Assembly: GCA_000320545.1 (NCBI GenBank)
Contig: ADNK01000515.1
Span: forward strand, 1 to 62,091
Source of the DNA: Bigelowiella natans CCMP2755
Lineage: Eukaryota; Protista; Cercozoa
Direction: 5' to 3'
Length of the DNA: 62,091 nucleotides
Both the position numbers and the translations under genes were made by a program. Of this stretch, positions 13,601 through 22,900 are shown one piece after another; position 1 is the first letter of the stretch, and the number at the start of each line of letters is the position of its first letter. The notes beneath the pieces are model-generated. The model was not told the DNA's origin and searched no databases. It worked only from the letters and a program-made list of their open reading frames with translations.

Positions 13601-13737
13601 CCCAGTGAATCCATCACCTTGTAGCACTATATCCATGCTTCTAACCGCTTTATTCCCCACCCACCCACTACACATAGGTGCAGGCAGAGCATAATGCTTT
13701 TGCGTGGGGTGTCTTTGGAGCTGTGAACGATGCATAA
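6079..13737 (+). CDS. Fusion of a ketopantoate-reductase-family (ApbA/PanE) reductase and a class I SAM methyltransferase (SDMT/DsyG/DSYE-like); about 717 aa, 27 exons
   Basis: Hand-spliced, phase-consistent exons: 6079-6171, 6302-6355, 6480-6557, 6700-6756, 6829-6900, 7099-7163, 7380-7545, 7840-7899, 8177-8218, 8424-8470, 8798-8804, 8919-9035, 9380-9457, 9559-9987, 10183-10258, 10465-10532, 10785-10837, 10972-11003, 11130-11170, 11485-11534, 11692-11767, 12100-12147, 12506-12583, 12812-12868, 13067-13126, 13280-13369, 13678-13737. Reductase motifs: IAVVGGGALG, LLRSDY, DWVICALKS, LLNGIG, RWEKLAWNFPF, MKEVVATA, YLPSTVIDFKNGTPIESE. Methyltransferase motifs: FYKTVMGGGGNDIHFG, VLDLGSGHGG, FDYVYSCEVLCH, RVLKPGG, FAWGVF. 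Confidence 0.9.
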
Positions 13738-14666
13738 TCATAAGCCGGCACATTAAATCAATTATGCTTATCATTCTGTCCGGGGCGCCACGTATGGTCG
13801 CCATCATCGCCACGAGCTGTAGAGTACTATTCACTTCCCGCCTTTGCTTATAGCAACAGCAGTCGGGATGCCAGTTGTGTAGGTATTCGAATTACTGACT
13901 GTGTGCTTTCTTCGACTAAAGGCATCATGCATATATGCTTACTTACCACCGGCAGCACATTATTAGACACATCATGCTGCCAACAAATAGATGTGAAATC
14001 ATAGCATCTTGTATATGACTAACCCATGTAAAGATATAGCCAGAAAGAACGTAAATAAAGGGCCCGATCAATCTAGCATGATTCATTGCATGTATAGTAG
14101 CATCCTCGACATCAGCGCTTTCATGTACATCCTGCTAGCCTGCTAGCCTGCTACGCTTTGACAGAACTGGTATGACGATTGATGGTGTCATGCAAGCATG
14201 CATGCACAAACCAGCTGCGCTATCATAATGGTTGCCAATGCAAGTATGACATGTGTAGAAAGACTATGAATATAGCTAGATAGCGTAGCATACTTCTAGA
14301 ATTGGGGGTCACGCACAGCCTCACGTATTTCATGTGTGCGTACTATCTAAACAATGGGTGCGTGCAGCTACATCGCAGCATCATGCCTAGCTAGCTAGAT
14401 GCATGCGAGAGACAAATACGGATTCGTTGCTAGCATACAATAAATATCTACATATAGATATACAAGGAGCAAGTGAAATGCATGCATATAGACGTAGCTT
14501 AATCAAGAGAGAGGTTCGTAAGGCAAAAGAAAACCATTCCATTCCAGCGGCACGCAGTTCCGCATTATAGCATCGCATACAAAACTAGAAAGACAAGGAA
14601 GAAATGTGTGGCGATGATGAACGAAGGCTATCTCATATACCTACGCCAACATGCATCATATCCTTT

Positions 14667-16423
14667 CTACTGCATTCCCAGCTTTCTAAGAGAAATTAGT
14701 ATTCTTTTCCGGTCACCCATCAACATATTCATTTCCTTTAAATATGTAGCACATAGTTAGAAAACAATGCAAAAACTCCACGACGTAGTAAAACCTGAAA
14801 GTCTTCCGGGAGACATTCTTGTAGGATTTGTATGGTATCCACTGCGTTCTGAAGTAGCTGCAACGAACAAAATGGTGATATAGCATTAACTGTTGAACCA
14901 TGTGAAAAGAAATGCTGAAGACCAGGTTTCTAATTCTTGCTCTTGCCTCGATCGGCTGTATGGAAGAAAGGCATTCCTCCCATTTATTTCTGGCCCGTGG
15001 AGGTTCAGATACTCTTTGCACCTCCTAAGAGAATCATATTTCGTCGTGCAGATCTTGAAGGCATGATTAGGACAAAGAGCAGCTGTTCATAATCTACCTC
15101 TTTCAGTGGGGATCGTGTATCATCCTTAGAAATTTTAGCCTCTCCCTTCTGAACAAGGCGTGGACGCTTGGAAGAAAGTTTAATGGCTTCCGCCTGACGA
15201 GCAAGCCACTCAGTAGCTCGTTGTACGTCCCAGCGGCACATTTGTAGTGCTTGCCGACTACATTCGGGATCGATTCCCCGCTTTGAAAGTTCAGTAACTT
15301 TCTGCTCTTTCGTCCTCTTCTTTATTACTGGCTGCTAATGAATAAGATGATTCCAGCAATACACATACACATTTAGCATTAATTAAGAAGATTCCAGCAA
15401 TACACATACACTTTTAGCATTGCAATGCTGCACATTCATTATAAATCTCAGCTCTTAGATTGGTGGTTCTTCATCGTGCTGCTTTCTACCTTATTCCCCG
15501 TTGACTCTACTGCTATGTCGCGCTTGGTTTTAGCTGCTGCAACTCCAAAGGCTCCTCCCCTTTGGTAAAACAAACTAATGAAAAGAATCCCATACAGATC
15601 AAGTGTCTACTACAGTTCAATGCGACGATTCGAACCTTTTTCTTTTGTTTCGTCTTCCAGCATTTGTGTCCTCTAAGAATGAGGGAACACCTTGTCCCCG
15701 AATCTAAGTATATATATACTAATGTACATGCGTGCCCTTGTGCCTACACGTTCTATTTAATAGTAATCGAGAAATCGAATTGTGTACCCGTTCAATTCTG
15801 CAATCGTCGTCGCTCTTATCATCGACTATAAATACGCCCTCTGATCGTTCCTTGTCTTCAGATATTATATTTACTTTTCTCCCCAACGCCTTGGCCTTTT
15901 TGTTGTAAGCGCTGAAAAATAGCAAAAGTCACAACAGATTGCGACATTCAGTCGGTTTGAAATCTTTTATACAATTTTGGAGAAAAGTGCATCCCATCAA
16001 AATAAGACATTTTCCTGCTACCATATATACATTGCATGGTGACAGTTTAAAAGCAAACAAGAGTGATCATGGATATTGCTTCAAACGTAAACTGGATTCG
16101 TAGGACCATGAAGCTGACAATCCAAACGTTACGATTGATTTATATACAAATACTATCTTCGGTTATCGTTCGGAATCTCTGTTTACTCTTGCTTTCAAGG
16201 TACAAATACTAAAATATTCTGTCAGATTTGGGTACCGAGCAGCGTCAGCTTCCGTCCTATAACATCCGAGATAATGGGTTTTCGACCTCACCACAATTCG
16301 TGAAATCCAGTAATTATAATTATATTTTCTGCTCCCTCCCCTGGAAACTCCCGTGTACTTTGAGACTGGTGCCTTATACTTCACACTTTTCTTTCGTTTG
16401 CGTACTGTCCAAGGTAATGGCAT
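14667..16423 (-). CDS. AP2/ERF DNA-binding-domain protein with UBA-like and C-terminal SAM-like domains, multi-exon
   Basis: AP2: SKYTGVS..WISRIVVRSKTHYLGCYRTEADAAR|AYNKKAKAL (intron about 16235-15912). UBA-like: LSKRGIDPECSRQALQMCRWDVQRATEWL. SAM-like end: EDFQ|EMNMLMGDRKRILISLRKL, with stop at 14667-14669. Confidence 0.75.
15349..15421. repeat. 32-bp direct repeat, two copies (period 41), intronic
   Basis: GATTCCAGCAATACACATACAC[A/T]TTTAGCATT at 15349 and 15390. Confidence 0.9.
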
Positions 16424-17384
16424 ATTCCGTGGTCACTATCCAAACAACAAAATAATCAGGACTGAATCCTCGACAATCTCAAAATACGAAGCTTGCTTTG
16501 CGGGTGGCACTTGCTCAGAGCAGCGCTCACTTTCCCTTTCCCAATCATCGAGGGGGCCTCGAGGAGCGTGGCACGGGAAGATTACCTTCACCAATTGGAG
16601 TATTCATACATGGAAGATGTGCTGTCGTAGAGATTATATCAATAATATGGATGATAAATCTAGGTCATTATCCCACTGCGACAAGAAATATATTCCCGAT
16701 ACGAACAGGACGAGCAGATATTTAGACTCAAGTTGTGTGAAGAAGGCTTTTCTGTCGCGAACCAGCCGTATGTATTACCGACTTGACGGGGCTGGACATA
16801 AAACTATGGGAATAAGGACATGCGACAACGTAAAACGTGGGTAAGTAGCAATAAAACCTGAACAGCAACTGTTCGGCCCGTTTTTTGATGACGCACTCGA
16901 ATGTTCCAGGTGGTTTTTGTTTTGTTTCACTTATCTCTGCTTTTAACAGAAGATTAATCAAGAACAGTTGCATAGTTTCACCCAACGTCTGTCGGAGGCA
17001 TATAGAGACGCAGACCTGCTGCTGGCTGGTGGTGGTGGTGGTAGCTGAAACAAATCGAAAACGGGACAGTAGGAACTAGGGTCTTAAAGCACAGCATTTT
17101 TTTAGAAACCAAGCCTATTTGTACCTCGGCTCAACTTGAATTGAACAGAAAGAAATGTCATTATGATTTTCACTCAATCGCCCCAGTCCAGCTTCAGCTA
17201 CAAACCATGAACAGAAATCAATTAGGAACTCGGTAGTTTCTCTTTCCATCGATATTTGTATTTGAATACAGAGGTTCTTACCGATATATCCAAAGGGTTA
17301 TACTTTCTCTTCACAACCACCGAAGTCTTAATGATTAGTGATGGGGTGGATTTATGCACATACTGAGTTAATGATGCTCTCAAA

Positions 17385-18986
17385 GTGATTTCGATATTTT
17401 ATTATTTTTACCATGAAATTGTCTGGATATTAAACAAGACTCTGTTACCAAATAGGGAATATGCATCGCTTTCATGCGAGGACAATTTCAATGAAAGACG
17501 GGGTTCAAATGTGATGGCGTCTCGGCGAAGGAAAATATACTCTCCTGATCTTTACAACGAAAGGGGATTGTCTCCACTACAGACTGAATTAAGTACCAAT
17601 TTTTCCTCACAGAACGGTTACGGGCGTCCGTACCATCCAGACCGGTACGTGAGCTTTTCTGCTACGTCCAACGGCAGCAAGACTCCAACCTCTTCCAGTA
17701 CTGCCACTTCATATCGGCGAAATTCTAGTGCTGCGAGATCTCGTTGGTCCCCCTCCCCAGCAAGAACGCCGTCAAGGCATTCACAACCCATATCAACTCT
17801 GCAGTATGAAGACTATAAGCCCCAGCAAAATCAGAGTTGGAACCCATCTCGGACCGTCTCGAGGTTCCCCAGTCTGCAGTCGCCAAGCAGCAAGCTCACG
17901 TCAAATATGTCCAGAACGGGCCCGGCAATCTCAGCTAGCAGGATGATTAGAAGCCCGATAAGTGCTGGAAGTGAATCGACTACTCCTACTGATACTTCAA
18001 GTTCTGGATTTGTGAGCCCCAAACCCCGATCTCCACGATACATGAACGCAAAACAACGGCGAAATGATAATACACGGGCTAGAACCTCTCGTGCGCACAG
18101 CTCATCTCGTAAGCAGATCTTAGAGCGACTCAAGAGGCGGACGCAATCAGCAGGCCACTTTAGAAAGGGTAGACGGTCGACTTCAGAAGGTTCCTCACCG
18201 GTCGAGCCAAAGCAAATTGACGCCATCCTAAAGGAAGCGGAAACAAACAAGCTAATGCATGAGCCCGTGGAGAAGGTTGTACGGTTTCATCCCGGTAGAC
18301 TCGGGATAACATTCGAGGGAGTGACCATCACCGAGGTATCAAACAACTCGCAAGCAGCTGCTCGAGGTGTTAAGGTTGGCTGGGAAATCCTTAAAGTTGG
18401 TAAGGTGTCGGTGCTTACAGAAATGCAAATTTGTGAAGAGTTGGACAATCTCGCCGCGAAAAGACGACCCTATAATGTTCAAATGAGAATTCCTGCGAAT
18501 CAAGATAGATCCAAACAGTCTGATAGAAAGTCGTTTAACACGCCACGGAACTCGATGTATACTACTTCGTCCAGTGGACAACGCAACTTGAGTAGTCATT
18601 CACAAGTCAGGCAAAATTCACGAGCCACATTTAAATCCACATCAGCAAGGCAAAAGGCTTCTGCTAAACCAGAAAAACTATCTTCAACCATGCCTTCGTT
18701 TTCTAGAACAGACAACAAAAATCAGGGTTTTCATGGTGATCCTGATGAGAATTCTCTTACGAACATAGCAGCAAATGTACACACCACAGCTGGAACTGTA
18801 AACGAATCGCCTGTCCCCGAGTCCCTTGTACAGTGCAAGTACTGCCTCCGAAAGTTTGCAGAAAGCCGAATTGAGAAACATTCCAGGATTTGTTCAAAAC
18901 TAAAAAGCGCTCGCAAAGTAATGAATAAGAAAGCCTTGGGAAGGAAAAAAACGGATAAGCTCGGGCGGCGAATTTTGATAAAGTAG
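17385..18986 (+). CDS. Ser/Arg-rich protein with a PDZ-like domain and a C-terminal C2HC zinc finger; probable upstream exon at about 16650-16840
   Basis: 533-aa ORF. PDZ-like: FHPGRLGITFEGVTITEVSNNSQAAARGVKVGWEILKVG. C2HC finger: CKYCLRKF..RIEKHSRIC. GTAAG donor near 16840 and an acceptor near 17455. Confidence 0.75.
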   Translation: MISIFYYFYHEIVWILNKTLLPNREYASLSCEDNFNERRGSNVMASRRRKIYSPDLYNERGLSPLQTELSTNFSSQNGYGRPYHPDRYVSFSATSNGSKTPTSSSTATSYRRNSSAARSRWSPSPARTPSRHSQPISTLQYEDYKPQQNQSWNPSRTVSRFPSLQSPSSKLTSNMSRTGPAISASRMIRSPISAGSESTTPTDTSSSGFVSPKPRSPRYMNAKQRRNDNTRARTSRAHSSSRKQILERLKRRTQSAGHFRKGRRSTSEGSSPVEPKQIDAILKEAETNKLMHEPVEKVVRFHPGRLGITFEGVTITEVSNNSQAAARGVKVGWEILKVGKVSVLTEMQICEELDNLAAKRRPYNVQMRIPANQDRSKQSDRKSFNTPRNSMYTTSSSGQRNLSSHSQVRQNSRATFKSTSARQKASAKPEKLSSTMPSFSRTDNKNQGFHGDPDENSLTNIAANVHTTAGTVNESPVPESLVQCKYCLRKFAESRIEKHSRICSKLKSARKVMNKKALGRKKTDKLGRRILIK

Positions 18987-19536
18987 AAACTGCATATCGC
19001 AGAGCTATGTGACATTTTTGAAAAAACTTACACAGCTTGAAGTTACGTACGTGCCTCTCAGAAGATGGGGAGCAAGTTCATTTGGATGGAAAAGATGCCC
19101 TCTAGGTGATGTGCAGCACCTCGTAAAGACTATGCACAAATGCCTCCAGCTCATTTTTGACAAATTGAACCAAGAGAAGTCAATATCTGTCCATGACCAT
19201 GTTTTGGATTGATGAAAAACAATTGAAGTCATCGCACAACACAACATGTGCAACACATCGTGCGCCATGATGCACCCATGCAGTGAAGTCGTCAAGATGG
19301 AGATGGTCACCGTGTCTCTCATTCAACACGCATGGCCATGGACACAACGCACACCACGATGCACATCAATGCATGTAGATCACAATCTACAGACAGCATG
19401 GGAATGAAATTGACAGCGCATTCACAACACATGTGACAAATGCACATTTGCATGTGCACATTGTCTAGCCACACGCGTAGCTATGCCTGTGGCTAGATGA
19501 TCTGATGCATGCACATCTGTCTCACGGCCACAACTC

Positions 19537-19862
19537 TGTTGCGCGTAAGGTGTTCACAGGCCGAGGCGCTACGTGCACAAGTAGGCAGGGGGGGGGAAAG
19601 GCACGTTTGCTTCCTTTTGAAGAGTTGTGTTTATTTTTATTAAAGATTATATTTTTATTAAATCGTGCACTGCGTAATCATTCGCGAAGCTTTCGCGAAT
19701 GCCGCCGCACGTGGGGCAGCACACTTCCGGTGTGCTGCCATGAGTCCCGCCGGAACCCACGTGCCTATGCTGTATTAATATCTACGTTATCTATATTCTA
19801 TATCCGCGACAACCCCTTTGTTGTCGCACGTGACTTGTGCCCGCGTAGTGGTACGCGCTACA
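19537..19862 (-). repeat. 3' LTR
   Basis: Direct repeat of 24927-25252; TGTTGCGCGTA...TACGCGCTACA imperfect terminal inverted repeat. Confidence 0.97.
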
Positions 19863-19870
19863 CCTCCCCC
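19863..19870 (-). other. Polypurine tract
   Basis: Minus-strand GGGGGAGG abuts the 3' LTR; a longer purine-rich run lies at about 19882-19907. Confidence 0.75.
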
Positions 19871-19913
19871 AAGTCACGTTGCTCCTTCCTTCCTTCCTTA
19901 TTCCCTTAGACCT

Positions 19914-22900
19914 TCATCGCTTTCGGAACTTCACCAACCACCAGGTAATAGATTCCTCTCTAACCTTATCTCCTTTGTCGCTTACCCAGAACTCACCTTC
20001 GTCCTTAGGTTCGTGTCCATACCAGCCCTCTGCATCAAGGTCCCCCAGGACCTTATACCAGTGCTCAAAGGGTAAGTCGGGAACAGCTAGGTAGAGTAGC
20101 TGATATTTTCCGTCCTTTATTTTCATAGCTACCCTCTCCATATTTCGTAATCCAGGGTAGCCTAGATAGACAATCTTCATGCGCCAATCGTCGTTCACCC
20201 TGACCTTATTGTTTCCATATTCCACATCGAACTTAGGTCGGGGTCCTAAACAAGGCATTGCTCGCTCCCACACAGTAGGGTTTACTTTAACATCCTCTAG
20301 GAGCTTCTCACCGATATCATAATTCTTTAGGTGACTGATGTGGCGCAAGGTGACCCTGTTCCCATCATAGATGTAGTACTGCTTCCTCCCCTTCCTCTCG
20401 GTAACCTTTGCAACGCCACCCCAGAAGGGGTCTTGTTTATTTCTCGATCTCAGATTTACCTTGGCCCTAACATACTGTCCTTCCTTTAGAACTCGGCCAT
20501 CGTACGGGACCTTCTCGTCTTCGCTCTCGGTATCGTCGTCGTTGTCGTCGCCTTCTTCCCTCTCCTTATCCTTGATACCTCCCCCAGACGTGAAGGTGTC
20601 GTTTACTAACCCTTGTATCTTGTCTGGTGTGGTGCTATTTATCCTGCTTAGGTTGGCCAAGGTGCGGTGGAGTCGCTCTACCTTGGAGTTGGACTGGGCA
20701 TAGTATACAGGTGAGGCATCAATATTAGGGTGTGGTAGCTGTAGAAGAGAGGTCTCATTATCCACATGTAACTTCTTTGGTATCTTGTTTATGCTAACTT
20801 CATCAGGGATAGCCTGGAGCTCAGACTCCCAGGTACGGTAGCAGTTAGTAAGCCTCTGCTTATATAAGCCTTTGTTCTTCTTAGCAACGTTGACCTTGAT
20901 AATCTTTTTAACCCAGCACTTTCCAGTGGCCACATCAACGAAGGTAAGGTAGTGATAGCCATCGTACTTATAAACATCAATTTGCACGATATCTAAGAAG
21001 TTCCTTGCTTTGATTTTCTTAGATGCACGGCTCTTGCTGGACTCCTTGGTGGCGACGCCTGCCGCCTTCAAGCTGGAGCACCTGCAGCCACGCAGGTATG
21101 TCCTTATCTCTTTTAGCTTGTAGGGCCAGTAGTAATGGTAGAGTAGAGCAGTGATATGGTTTTCTCCTACGTGTGCAGGTCCATGGGCGGTAAAGAGAAG
21201 GGCTCCCCTGGTCCGCCGTGGCACGTAGGTACGCCTAACATTATTAGTGTATACATATATCCTATCACTAAGTACCTCATGCTTGTGTTTGTATTTATCC
21301 AGGTGTTCTTGAAGGTGCTGGAGCTCCTCTGGCTCAGGCAGGAAGTCGCCGTCCTCGAAGGTAATCGCGTTAACCATAGGGGTGACCTGGGTAGGGACTT
21401 TCTTTTCGAACAGCCTGCTGAAATAGTCAGCAAGCTGCTTGTCTCCTGGTGCGTAGACCACTGTCCTCTTGTCCCTAAACTCTTCCGTGTCCGCCCTCAT
21501 AGCTGCATACTCATCGTTAGGCGCTTCGAGCTTGCGGTCGATGCCTAGGAGGGGCTTGTGGTCAGTCATTAAGGTGAAGCTGGGCACCGACAGCAGGTAG
21601 TATCTTAGTTTCCTCTGCGCCTCAGTCATGGCTTTATACTCTCCTTTTGTAGGGCTGTACTTGGCCTCAGCTGCTGTGCAGGCCCTGCCCCACACCCGTA
21701 TGATCTGCTGGTCTTGGGTAAGTACAGCAGCCATACCTAGCTTAGACCAGTCTGTCCATAGGGTAGCTGGTCTAGTAGTGTCTAGCTTAGCATTCAATAG
21801 GGTGTTGCTGCATAACTTTATTAGGTTATCGAAGTGGGCATCAAGGCCAGCCTTGGCCCACACCTTAGCGAAGCTGAGGCCTACAGAGTTCTCCTTCCGG
21901 TAAGCAGTAGTAAAAGCAGCTGCAGTCCTAGCGTAGGTAGGGGAGAACCTACGTAGTATCCAAGCTGCAGTCTGCAAGAATGACTTTAACTCCTTTGCAT
22001 TCTTAGGTTTAGGGGCTTGCTGTAGTGCTGCTACTTTCTCGGGGTTTGGGGTGATGCGGCCTTGCTCCAGGTAATATCCACACCACTTGATTCTTGTAGC
22101 TAGGAATGTACACTTCTGCAGTCTAATAGTAAAACCGAAGTGTGCAAACCTAATAAATATATTTTCCAGGAGGAAGATCTGAGCGACGACTGTGTTGGTA
22201 CATATTATGTCATCATCCACATACACAAACACAAACACCCACAACACAGACGCCATCCCATCATGTGTGTATGCCCTGTAGTTCTGACTACTGAACGCAT
22301 CCCCTGATATGCTTAGGCCGTAAGGGAATACGACGAAGTGCCACTTCCTGTGCCTGCTGGAGAACGCGGTAATGGGGCGGGAGGTTTTGTGGATGGGTGT
22401 CTGCATGTATGATTCATTTTTATCTAGGGAAGAGTAGTATTTGTATCCTATGACGTGTTCAATAACGTCATCTATCCTTGGTGTAGGTGTCTGGATCCTC
22501 TTTATTACTCGGTTGTGGCGGATGAAGTTGTGCGCCAGGCGGAAGAAAGGGTAAGTAGGTTTCTTAGCTAGCACATGTCTCACGTTCCATGGTGAGTTGC
22601 TTGGCTCTATCTTCCCTTCCTTTGCCCATTCATTGATCTGCCACTCTATCTTTTCCCAGTCCGCTTCCGGTCGCCTATGTTCTGGGTCATTGATGATGCA
22701 CTCTTCGTATCCCTTCTTTAGCTCGATCTTTACTGGGGTAAGCTTGCTGGAGGGCTTCGTCGTCGGCTTGGTGATGTCAGAGTACTTCTCGTTTAATATT
22801 TTATTAATGTACTTTTTGCCTTTGTCGATATCCCAATCATCAGCTGGGGGGGTCTTGTCCAGTAGCTCCGTTATCTGTCGGATGGTCTTGCCGGGGTTCT

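Noticed and set aside
254-13834. Dozens of short ORFs with poly-M/H/S/T and CV/SL runs
   Set aside because: These are translations of intronic microsatellites or antisense shadows of real exons.
19505-19909. 134-aa ORF, nearly repeated at 24910-25320
   Set aside because: It is the antisense reading of the LTR; the duplication only reflects the two LTRs.
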